Shown here: positions 1 through 7,904 of the stretch, piece by piece
Numbering within the stretch: position 1 is the stretch's first letter
Layout of the letters: the number at the start of each line of letters is the position of its first letter
IMG/VR virus record: IMGVR_UViG_3300030118_002438
Span: 1-27,211 of that record
Origin: a virus
Taxonomy: Duplodnaviria; Caudoviricetes
Length of the DNA: 27,211 nt
Strand: one strand, 5' to 3'
Position numbers and translations under genes: made by a program
The notes under the pieces: generated by a model
What the model was told of the DNA's origin: nothing
The model's database searches: none
The model's input: only the letters and a program-made list of their open reading frames with translations

Positions 1-400
1 AGGAAACTTTTTTTACAGGATCATAGACAGGGCAACTTGTTCCTGCGTTTTCCATAGCTTGAAATACTCTTTTGTCCTGGCATAATATACTGACACTTGC
101 AACCTTAAGCCCTTGCTTGAATAAAGTTTGGCTTAACAAAAGCCTCTCGCAATTCAAGTCCACGATAGTCATACCACTACTAATACCAAGTATTTGGGTT
201 TGAACAGCACCTGACACTCCAGATCTACATATAAAACTGTTTACAGAATTTATAGATGGTGAATTTGCTGATGGTGGTGTTTTATCGACTGTGACTGTTG
301 AATTAGAAACTGTGTTTGTATTTGAATATGCTTTGGGTAAAAATAAAATAAATGTGATTAGTAAAACTGATATAAAATAAATGTACCAATCATTTCTCAT
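1..400 (-). CDS. Conserved marine-phage hypothetical protein with N-terminal signal/TM segment and four Cys (3'-truncated by window edge)
   Basis: Not in the ORF track; translated by hand from ATG at 400: MRNDWYIYFISVLLITFILFLPKAYSNTNTVSNSTVTVDKTPPSANSPSINSVNSFICRSGVSGAVQTQILGISSGMTIVDLNCERLLLSQTLFKQGLKVASVSILCQDKRVFQAMENAGTSCPVYDP..., open to the edge. The PPSA/SGAVQTQILGIS/NCERL/LCQD/AGTxCP motifs recall a family common in marine phages. Confidence 0.8.
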   Translation of the reverse strand, partial: MRNDWYIYFISVLLITFILFLPKAYSNTNTVSNSTVTVDKTPPSANSPSINSVNSFICRSGVSGAVQTQILGISSGMTIVDLNCERLLLSQTLFKQGLKVASVSILCQDKRVFQAMENAGTSCPVYDPVKKVS

Positions 401-405
401 TCACT

Positions 406-957
406 TTAGGTATCTGCTAGTCGCAAAAAAGAAACCCAAGTTTCATTTGAGTTTGTGTTTCCTATTGTTCTATTACTACCAGCTTGACTACTTACTTTAA
501 TTCTTACTCTGTCTTGCGAAATATCAGTAATATCAAAAATAAAATCTCCTGTATGTAAAGTAGTAGAATTTGAGGGTGAACTAAAAGTACAACCTGTGAC
601 ATATGCTGAAACATCATAATTTGCACCACCATCAGATGAATATTCAATTAGTCCATTTATTTCGTTATCATTACCATCACCTTCTTCATCATATTTAAAA
701 TGTGCTTGGACATAATAAAAACCTGTGCTTGGAAATGTAAATACTCCACTACTATGTGACATACCTGCACCTAGTGCTGAAGAAAAACCTCTTGTATCTA
801 CTCTTTCCATATTGGTTAATATGCCACTACCTGTCAATGAAGATGTTAATCGCCATTGATCTGCCATTGTAATACCACCTGCACCACTTACAGTTCCTGT
901 AAATGCAAAGTTATCATCTAACTTCAACCCCCTAGCCCTAGTCTTAATAAGTGTCAT
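406..957 (-). CDS. Short tail-associated/receptor-binding protein, C1q/TNF-like beta-sandwich
   Basis: 183 aa, Gly/Ser/Thr-rich; GVFTFPSTGFYYV is a C1q-like 'FTxPxxGxY' motif; ends in a beta strand (VSFLRL); lies in the tail island. Confidence 0.6.
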   Translation of the reverse strand: MTLIKTRARGLKLDDNFAFTGTVSGAGGITMADQWRLTSSLTGSGILTNMERVDTRGFSSALGAGMSHSSGVFTFPSTGFYYVQAHFKYDEEGDGNDNEINGLIEYSSDGGANYDVSAYVTGCTFSSPSNSTTLHTGDFIFDITDISQDRVRIKVSSQAGSNRTIGNTNSNETWVSFLRLADT

Positions 958-1271
958 CTCTTTGGATATTTCTCCTTGATACTTTGTACTCTACTTTTTT
1001 CTGCTGTTACACCATTTTCCATAATATTTTCCATTTGTTGTTCCAAACTTCCATACTCTGCTTTGCGTTTTGCTATTTGACTTAAATTATATTCATAGTC
1101 ATCAGCATCACTTTCTAATGCGTTCAATTGTGCGTCAGTAGGTTTTGCAGGACTATCTAAGTTCCATTCTTTTATATAAACACCTTCACCATCATCAAAA
1201 ATTAAAACATCTTCTCTAAAATTAACTTCACTACCAACATATTGTATAATTTTTGAATTTAAACTAGCCAT
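954..1271 (-). CDS. Probable tail fibre assembly chaperone (XkdW-like)
   Basis: 105 aa with DDGEGVYIKEWN...KPTDAQL, then RKAEYGSLEQQ and C-terminal IKEKYPK, as in small chaperones that follow fibre genes; directly downstream of the C1q fibre. Confidence 0.55.
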   Translation of the reverse strand: MASLNSKIIQYVGSEVNFREDVLIFDDGEGVYIKEWNLDSPAKPTDAQLNALESDADDYEYNLSQIAKRKAEYGSLEQQMENIMENGVTAEKSRVQSIKEKYPKR

Positions 1272-1275
1272 AATT

Positions 1276-2253
1276 TTATCCTATCTTAAAACCTATAAAA
1301 TTTGAAACAGCTCTACTTGCACTAAATGCACCAGGTATTTCTGTTGAATTTTCTAAATATACATAACATTCTATATAATCTCCAACACTTAAATCTAAAC
1401 ACCCTGTGCAAGAAATACTAAAATCTCCTTGTGCTGATTGTGTTCTTTGTGCTTGTCCAGTTAATGCACTTATTGATCCATTTTTGTATAGTGTAATTGC
1501 ATGAAATGAACCATTAGTTCCATCATCTATGATAGTATGTGCATGAAAAAAATATTTACCTGCTTTTCCACTAGGAACAGTAAATCTTTTATTTGATGTA
1601 TCATAAGCACCATCTGTATCAAAATCCTCTGTATCAAAATTTACTTTAGTATTAGTGCCACTAGTATTTGATTGAGCAGTTGCCATTCTTACACTAAATG
1701 CAGGTGTATTACCACCACCTGCATCAGCAAAACTTAAATTACCAGATCCATCAGTTTGTAAAAATTTATCAGCACTTGGTGCAGTTGTTGGAAAAGTAAG
1801 GGTATAAGATTGTCCTGCACTATGAGCAGGTGATTTTAATTTGATACCATGACTGTTCTGCGAACAATTAAGCTGAAGTGTTCCATCTGTTGTTCCATCA
1901 CCTTTGATCGCTAAACCTGCTGAACTTGATGTAGAAACAAAATTTGTTTTTGCATTTGTGACAGTTGCATCACTAGGTGTGCCAATGTCTAAAACATTTC
2001 CTAATGCTAGAATAAAATCAATAGAATCTGATGAAGTAAGTGCAGAACTAAAAGTTAGTGTAGAACCACTAACATTAAATGATGATCCTGCTTTTTGTAT
2101 TGTACCATTTAGTGAAACTATTAGATGATTTGCACTTTCTGGAACAAAAGCAGTTGAGTCTAGTGTCAAACTATAACTTGCTGTTGCACTTGCAGTCAAA
2201 TTATCCAACATAGAAAACGCACCTGTAGATGGAATTTTACCTATGTATGCCAT
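1276..2253 (-). CDS. Tail fibre/receptor-binding protein with C-terminal C1q-like domain
   Basis: 325 aa; MAYIG N-terminus; shaft motifs (YTLTFPT, LQTDGSGNLSF); C1q-like head PAFSV...KVNFDTEDFDTDGAYD...RFTVPSGKAGKYFF...LSVGDYIECY...FIGFKI. Confidence 0.75.
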   Translation of the reverse strand: MAYIGKIPSTGAFSMLDNLTASATASYSLTLDSTAFVPESANHLIVSLNGTIQKAGSSFNVSGSTLTFSSALTSSDSIDFILALGNVLDIGTPSDATVTNAKTNFVSTSSSAGLAIKGDGTTDGTLQLNCSQNSHGIKLKSPAHSAGQSYTLTFPTTAPSADKFLQTDGSGNLSFADAGGGNTPAFSVRMATAQSNTSGTNTKVNFDTEDFDTDGAYDTSNKRFTVPSGKAGKYFFHAHTIIDDGTNGSFHAITLYKNGSISALTGQAQRTQSAQGDFSISCTGCLDLSVGDYIECYVYLENSTEIPGAFSASRAVSNFIGFKIG

Positions 2254-2432
2254 TATTCAGACTCCTCTATTGTATTACCTGCATCAACCCATTTTAAAAT
2301 TTCTTGATACATAGTATTGTTTTCATCATGGGGTACTGTCCATTCTTTATCATTATCAAAAACAACAATATAATTAAATTTTGTACTATCTAATATTGTT
2401 GGTTGCTTTGTGACTGTTTTAATTTCATTCAT
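2253..2432 (-). CDS. Small tail fibre chaperone-like protein (59 aa)
   Basis: Not in the ORF track; hand translation MNEIKTVTKQPTILDSTKFNYIVVFDNDKEWTVPHDENNTMYQEILKWVDAGNTIEESE. It fills the gap exactly, with an ATGA overlap upstream and a TAATG overlap downstream. The 'VPxDxxNxxYQxIxxWxxxGNTI' pattern is typical of ORFs following fibre genes. Confidence 0.8.
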   Translation of the reverse strand: MNEIKTVTKQPTILDSTKFNYIVVFDNDKEWTVPHDENNTMYQEILKWVDAGNTIEESE

Positions 2433-3586
2433 AATTCAGCGTCCAATTCTATATCTGTGACATGAGTTGTTGTACCTCTATTATTAGCTTCTGCCATAAC
2501 ATGATAACTTTTTGTTGTAATCGTTTGAGAGTCAATAGTTCCTGCATTATTTGTTTTTGATGCACTAGGTGTAGCTCTCATAGGTGTATTAAAAACAAAA
2601 TGTCCTGCACCTCTAGTAGATGTATTTCCGTCAATGAATGTTGTCCACATTACAAATCCTGCCATGTCTTGAAAATATCTAAAACATCTTCTTTCATTAA
2701 CATCAATTGGTAAAAATTCAAAATCACTAGCATTTGTTCCTAGTTCCATTTGTAAACCTGTAATTTGCCAAATATCATTGTTTGAGGCAAAGGCATTAAC
2801 CTGTCCAACTGCTCTTGTTGTGTTAGCCTCTGCACCCCAAGTTGTCTGTAAAGAACCAGAAGTGAAATTTGTTCCTGCACCACCCCAAAAATTTATTGTC
2901 ATGCTCTTGTTATTATCATTTGTGAATGCACCTGTTGTATCGGCAGGATATGTAATTGTTTTTTTTTCCCATGTATTTGAAGAACTGACTGTGTATGTTT
3001 TTGAAACATATCTATTGTTATCATCATCAACTAATTCTAATACATATGTTCCTGTAACTGTTGCATAAATCCAAAATTGAACAGTCAAACTTTCTGCATT
3101 TGATGTTCCCTTTTTTATGCTTTGAAGCATAGATCCTTCCATTCTCATTTGAAGGGGAATATTATATTGTGCTGAAGTTAAACTTGAATCACCAGTTGTA
3201 CTTGTTACTTTATAAGATTTAGAAAATCCTTGTCCTGTTGGTGCTTCTGATGCTTGTGCAACTGTAAATGTCATGTCACCCCCTGTACTTAATCTCATTC
3301 TATCTACAGTCTTTATCCCAGATCCTGTTTGTCCAGTTGAACTTGTAGCTCTTTGAGAAACTGACATATCACCATTAATAATTATATTTCTAAATGGAAC
3401 ATCATTAAAAGCAGTTTTAGCATTAGTAACTGCATCATCTGCTATCTTAGCTGTGCTTATAGCTGTATCAGCAATCTTAGCTGTACTTACAGCTGTGTCT
3501 GCTAACTTAGCTGTAGATATAGATCCGTCTGCAATATCATCAGCTGTTAAGATAGATCCCGTAGGTGTACGACCAATATAACTCAT
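2429..3586 (-). CDS. Tail fibre/receptor-binding protein with carbohydrate-binding-like domain
   Basis: 385 aa; MSYIG start; 10-aa IADxxxSTAK repeats; FRNIIINGDMSVSQR start and ITGLQMELG...ASDFE...RCFRYFQ end of a CBM-like jelly-roll module common in marine phage fibres. Confidence 0.7.
   Translation of the reverse strand: MSYIGRTPTGSILTADDIADGSISTAKLADTAVSTAKIADTAISTAKIADDAVTNAKTAFNDVPFRNIIINGDMSVSQRATSSTGQTGSGIKTVDRMRLSTGGDMTFTVAQASEAPTGQGFSKSYKVTSTTGDSSLTSAQYNIPLQMRMEGSMLQSIKKGTSNAESLTVQFWIYATVTGTYVLELVDDDNNRYVSKTYTVSSSNTWEKKTITYPADTTGAFTNDNNKSMTINFWGGAGTNFTSGSLQTTWGAEANTTRAVGQVNAFASNNDIWQITGLQMELGTNASDFEFLPIDVNERRCFRYFQDMAGFVMWTTFIDGNTSTRGAGHFVFNTPMRATPSASKTNNAGTIDSQTITTKSYHVMAEANNRGTTTHVTDIELDAEL
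3416..3535 (-). repeat. Four tandem 30-bp (10-aa) coding repeats
   Basis: IADGSISTAK / LADTAVSTAK / IADTAISTAK / IADDAVTNAK; CTTAGCTGT recurs every 30 nt on the + strand. Confidence 0.85.
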
Positions 3587-3918
3587 GTGCTAATAGCGTC
3601 TACAAATGAAACTAAGACATCGCAAGCAGATGCTGTATTAGCATAGGCTTTTAGGACATCGGCATTTTGTATGACAATTTTACTCCCAGAATCTATAAGT
3701 TCTAAAGAACCACCAACTGGAATTGGAGCATCTTTAATTACAAAAAAATCTGTACCACCAGAGCTTATTATTACAGAACCAGTAATAGCAGCTGAATGTT
3801 TATTAACTAATCTAATAGATACTATTGCATCATCACTATTAGATGTAACTAATGTGGTTGGTGATCCAGATGAGTTTGATATTGAACTTGCAAAACTTCT
3901 TTCAAAATCTTGTGCCAT
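3583..3918 (-). CDS. Conserved small virion/tail adaptor protein
   Basis: 111 aa, beta-rich (FFVIKDAPIPVGGSLELI...KIVIQNADVLK); strong SD AAAGGAG upstream; follows the tail fibre that ends in AMSIAL. Confidence 0.65.
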   Translation of the reverse strand: MAQDFERSFASSISNSSGSPTTLVTSNSDDAIVSIRLVNKHSAAITGSVIISSGGTDFFVIKDAPIPVGGSLELIDSGSKIVIQNADVLKAYANTASACDVLVSFVDAIST

Positions 3919-3931
3919 GTTTTCTCCTTTA

Positions 3932-5314
3932 TCATAATGCGATGCTCATAGCAGTCGCAAATCCTTTCGTTGCTAGTGTAGATACATCAGAGGCAGCTAC
4001 TTGCCAAGATGATCCATTATAAACTTTTAACTCATTACTACTTGTATTGAAATATAAATCTCCAGCTGTTAAGGCATCTCCATCATTATCTACTGTAGGA
4101 TCAGACGATTTAGCTCCCAGGTATGTATCATCAAAGTTATCAGCAGCTGCTTCGGCAGCTGTTTGTGCAGCTTGTGCCGCTGTTTTAGCAGTATCAGCTG
4201 CAGTTGCACTTGTAGCAGCATTTGTAGCTGATGTGGCAGCTTCAGAGGCTTTTGTAGTAGCTGTCGTTGCATGACCAGAGGCAGTTGATGCTGAAGAAGC
4301 AGCATTACTTGCAGAGGTTGATGCTTCACTAGCTTTTGTTGTAGCTGTAGAGGCTGATGATGAAGCTGATGTAGCACTAGAAGCAGCGTTTGTAGCACTT
4401 GTACTAGCTTCGCTTGCTTTTGTAGTTGCAGTCGAAGCGGAGCTGCTAGCACTTGTAGCAGAGCTGGCTGCATTACTTGCCTGGGTACTGGCTGTTGATG
4501 CAGAAGTAGCTGCATTAGTTTCTGATGTTGCAGCAGCTGTTGCTGAATTTGCAGCTTCTGTAGCTTTTGTAGTTGCTGTTGTAGCAGAAGAAGCAGCAGC
4601 TGTAGCTGATGATGCAGCATTTGTAGCTGATGTAGTTGCAGAGGCTGCATCTACAATAAGATCATATTTTGCAGAATTCGCATTTGTTGTTAAAGGCTGT
4701 GAGCCAGATGATGTATGAGCTGTATTTACAATAAAAATATTATTTGTAGATGTGTCTTTAACAATATCTCTTTGATTGTAAGCTGTACTTGCACCCCAGT
4801 TACCCTTGAAAGTACCCAATTCTTGGGTAACTGAGATTTCACCAGAGGAGTCAAATGCTAATATTTTATTAGCTCTATCAGTAGCTCCTACAGTAAAATC
4901 TGTAGAAGTCATACTGTTTGTTCGTGAAATTTTTATGGATCTATCAACTTGCTCTTGCAGCTCCTGGTTGATAAGCATGGATTTATCAAGAGCTGCTTCA
5001 TGGCTCTCAGCTGGGAATGGATCATTTGCAACATAATCAGTTGATTGTGTTTTAGAGGTATTTCTACGAATAACTACAGTTTCTGTGTCAGTAGGCGTAT
5101 TACCAGATGTAAAGGTAATAGATCCGCCAGAATTACTGCCTAAACCAGATACTGTATAATGTGTAGTAAGGCTCTTAACTGTTTCAGTTCCGTTACTAGA
5201 TCTAATAATAACTTCAAGGTCAGACTCAGCTACAACAAAAAAATTGTATGCAAATGTATTATTAGAACCATTCCCAGACAGAGATACTTTAGTTCCTAGA
5301 CTAGATATTGTCAT
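3932..5314 (-). CDS. Tail fibre protein (T7 gp17-like N-terminal anchor plus Ala/Ser/Thr coiled-coil shaft)
   Basis: N-terminal GNGSNNTFAYNF...DLEVII...HYTVSG...VVIRRNT...FPAESHEAALDK is the podoviral fibre anchor; heptad repeats; DPTVDNDGDAL-GDLYFNT motif; hydrophobic C-terminus GFATAMSIAL. Confidence 0.85.
   Translation of the reverse strand: MTISSLGTKVSLSGNGSNNTFAYNFFVVAESDLEVIIRSSNGTETVKSLTTHYTVSGLGSNSGGSITFTSGNTPTDTETVVIRRNTSKTQSTDYVANDPFPAESHEAALDKSMLINQELQEQVDRSIKISRTNSMTSTDFTVGATDRANKILAFDSSGEISVTQELGTFKGNWGASTAYNQRDIVKDTSTNNIFIVNTAHTSSGSQPLTTNANSAKYDLIVDAASATTSATNAASSATAAASSATTATTKATEAANSATAAATSETNAATSASTASTQASNAASSATSASSSASTATTKASEASTSATNAASSATSASSSASTATTKASEASTSASNAASSASTASGHATTATTKASEAATSATNAATSATAADTAKTAAQAAQTAAEAAADNFDDTYLGAKSSDPTVDNDGDALTAGDLYFNTSSNELKVYNGSSWQVAASDVSTLATKGFATAMSIAL
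4150..4650 (-). repeat. Heptad (7-aa) / 28-aa Ala-Ser-Thr coding repeats
   Basis: ASTATTK-ASEASTS-ATNAASS-ATSASSS and variants repeated with Ala at positions a and d; boundaries approximate. Confidence 0.85.
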
Positions 5315-5322
5315 ACTAAAAA

Positions 5323-5351
5323 CCTATATAATTTATTGATATAAATGTCCA
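5323..5351 (-). promoter_or_regulatory. Possible sigma70-type promoter for the tail fibre genes
   Basis: Minus strand reads TGGACA-N17-TATAGG, 8 nt before the fibre ATG, in the AT-rich gap between the internal-protein and fibre genes; weak match in an AT-rich background. Confidence 0.3.
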
Positions 5352-7904
5352 TTATCTTTTAAAAGGATGTTCTGTAGGTTTTAAATCACCAGGATTCCAC
5401 CAAAACTCTGTGCCTTCATCTCTGTATATTCTTTTATTATATCTCTTTCTTTTTTCTAAATATTTAGAGTCTATAATCTCTGCAATATTGTCAAATATTA
5501 ATCTTTCTATAGCAAGTCTACCATACCAGGCAGATCCCCCTGGAAAATTTCTTTTTATCAGATCGTTCAAATCTCCACCATAATTTACATCTTCTCCCTG
5601 AAAAGTCCTGGTTGCATTACCCACAGTAAAATCAAGTATTTCAAATCCCAGCATAGGAACAGCTCCCATGAAACTAGCAGCTCCACCTTTAGCTCCGCCA
5701 TACCTGGTTGAAAATAGAAAATCTCCCAGAAAACCCATACCTCCTCCATGTATCATGTTGTTTAAAATATACCTGGATAGCTGTTCTCTATTCATCTCCT
5801 CTGGTTCACTTACTTTTTTACCTTTTGTAATTTGCTTTAGTTCGAAAGCAAGAGTACCCATAATTGTAGATGATATCAAAAGATCTACACCCATTGTAAG
5901 TCTATCCTTCATAGATTTTCTTCCAACAACTCTGGCTAGATGTGTAAACATCAAAGTTAATGGGAACTGTTTAAATTGTAAAAAAGATGCCATAATCTCT
6001 CCCATAACTGTACCTCTTTTTGCTCCACCGCCAACAATAGTTCCTCTTAGTTTCGCAACTGGTACAGCAAAATCTACAACATAATTTATAACATTTTGAT
6101 ATTTAGCAAATACATCCATGAGTCTTTCTTCTGGTAAGTCCTCCAATTGGAATATGTCAGCTGGTCTTAGAAACCTAGCACCAGGACTCAAAGCATCATC
6201 TACAGTTGCATCATAGATTGGTATTCTTGAAATTATGTTCCAATCACTTTCTGTTATATTATTTGTTGTTAAAATTTTAAAAAATTTATTATTTGTTCTT
6301 TCTAGTTCAGTCCATGATTTACCTATATTTCTTGCAAAAAATGCCATCATTTCAGATCCTACACCCCATCTACCAGCTTGTGTTAGCCAGGACAAACCCG
6401 TAGATCTTAAAACAAAATCTGCAATTCTCCTTGTAATCTCTGGTCTATCTACATCATCCGCTGATACTCTTGCCATTCCAGATGCTATTGTAGACCAATG
6501 TTCTGCAACCATACCAGATGATGCAGCCACTTCTATCATAGCTGATTTATCTTGGTTCAAACCTCTCATAAACATTTTTAAGTTTTGACGCATAATTTTA
6601 AAAGCTGGTAAGCCAGCAAATCTTGCAGATATTCTGGCTAAATTAAAATCTCCAAGAGCCATAAAAGATGCAGATCCTAGATACATAGCAGTTGTAAGAT
6701 CTCTAGCACCAGCCATAGTTTTAGCAAAAGTATAATTAGCTGGTTCTAAAAAATCTCCATTCAAAGTTTTTAGAGCTACTTCAGCTTGATATGTTTGTGA
6801 TTTTAATTTTTTTTTAGCTTTGTCTAGTTGTTTTCCAGATAAACTTTTATCAAGAGATAGCTCTGCGTCTGCTCTGGACACCATCCATTTAAAAAATTTA
6901 TCTGGATCTGGAGTCAGAGTTCTCATCATGCCAATATCTCTAGAGATATTTTTTAGATGACCAACCATTGCATCAAATACATTGCCTTTTCCAAATTTTT
7001 TGTTGTAAGCCAACCAGCTATCAAAATCTTTGAATTTAATAAACCTATGATCTAACCTACGATTACTTAGCCTAGATGAATAACTCATAATATTTGCTTT
7101 TTTAGAATAGCCAAAAGTTGCTATTGCGTTATATACATCATTCAAAGCAAGCTCTAGCTGTCCTGGTGATAATTTTTTACCAGTTTTATAATCAATCATT
7201 TCTTCTAAATCTAAAAGATCATTATCTAAAATAAATTTTCTCCAGGCATCGTACCCAACATCTCTAATAACAAGCTCATTATGAGATTGTGGTAGATGCC
7301 ATTTTTCTAGTTTTGGTATCTGACCTCCAGCTTCATTAAACATCCTCCTGGCTGTTTCTGATGTCTTGATCCAGGCTTTTGCCATCTCTTCTGCAGCTTT
7401 GTTACCAGTAGATCCAGGATTAAAAATTTCTCTACCCAGTAATACCAGGCTAGCTTTGTTTCTATTTACACCGATAAGATTATGTCTAAAGGTTTTAAGT
7501 ATGTCAGAAAAGGTACTATCTAATCTACCATGAACTAATTTTATTTCTTCTTCGGTAGATCTTATTCTATTGATTCCCTCTTTATTTTCTGCGAACATGA
7601 GCTTCTGTTTAATTACACTACCATAATCCTTTTTGCCGCTTTGATCTCTATATCTTGCGAGCTGTATATCAAACTCTTGTTGTAGTTTTATAGTTTTGAC
7701 TGTTTCTCTTTTTTTCTGTGCTTCTTTAACTTGTAGATAATCAAAAGTATCTCTTCCAGCTTGACGAGCTGCATCTGTATCAGACATACCAGCTTTTCTG
7801 TACTTATCTAAATTTTCTTGAAAATCATCTAATAGATCTTGCTGTTTACCTGGTGGTATCAGACCTTGATTAGCAGCTGACAATATACAATCTTTAAGAC
7901 TCAT
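5352..7904 (-). CDS. Large internal virion (ejection) protein
   Basis: 850 aa, largely helical and basic; WHLPQSH and FLQFKQFP motifs; Gly-rich hydrophobic C-terminal segments (GGGMGFLGDFL); occupies the T7 gp16-equivalent position before the fibre. Confidence 0.7.
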   Translation of the reverse strand: MSLKDCILSAANQGLIPPGKQQDLLDDFQENLDKYRKAGMSDTDAARQAGRDTFDYLQVKEAQKKRETVKTIKLQQEFDIQLARYRDQSGKKDYGSVIKQKLMFAENKEGINRIRSTEEEIKLVHGRLDSTFSDILKTFRHNLIGVNRNKASLVLLGREIFNPGSTGNKAAEEMAKAWIKTSETARRMFNEAGGQIPKLEKWHLPQSHNELVIRDVGYDAWRKFILDNDLLDLEEMIDYKTGKKLSPGQLELALNDVYNAIATFGYSKKANIMSYSSRLSNRRLDHRFIKFKDFDSWLAYNKKFGKGNVFDAMVGHLKNISRDIGMMRTLTPDPDKFFKWMVSRADAELSLDKSLSGKQLDKAKKKLKSQTYQAEVALKTLNGDFLEPANYTFAKTMAGARDLTTAMYLGSASFMALGDFNLARISARFAGLPAFKIMRQNLKMFMRGLNQDKSAMIEVAASSGMVAEHWSTIASGMARVSADDVDRPEITRRIADFVLRSTGLSWLTQAGRWGVGSEMMAFFARNIGKSWTELERTNNKFFKILTTNNITESDWNIISRIPIYDATVDDALSPGARFLRPADIFQLEDLPEERLMDVFAKYQNVINYVVDFAVPVAKLRGTIVGGGAKRGTVMGEIMASFLQFKQFPLTLMFTHLARVVGRKSMKDRLTMGVDLLISSTIMGTLAFELKQITKGKKVSEPEEMNREQLSRYILNNMIHGGGMGFLGDFLFSTRYGGAKGGAASFMGAVPMLGFEILDFTVGNATRTFQGEDVNYGGDLNDLIKRNFPGGSAWYGRLAIERLIFDNIAEIIDSKYLEKRKRYNKRIYRDEGTEFWWNPGDLKPTEHPFKR

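Noticed and set aside
4090-4650. 186-aa Gln/Leu-rich ORF
   Set aside because: Alternative-frame shadow of the Ala/Ser/Thr repeats in the tail fibre; low complexity explains the lack of stops.
406-5314. Diversity-generating retroelement, given the BPP-1-like structural module
   Set aside because: No reverse transcriptase and no TR/VR pair differing at adenines was seen in this window; cannot be excluded elsewhere in the genome.
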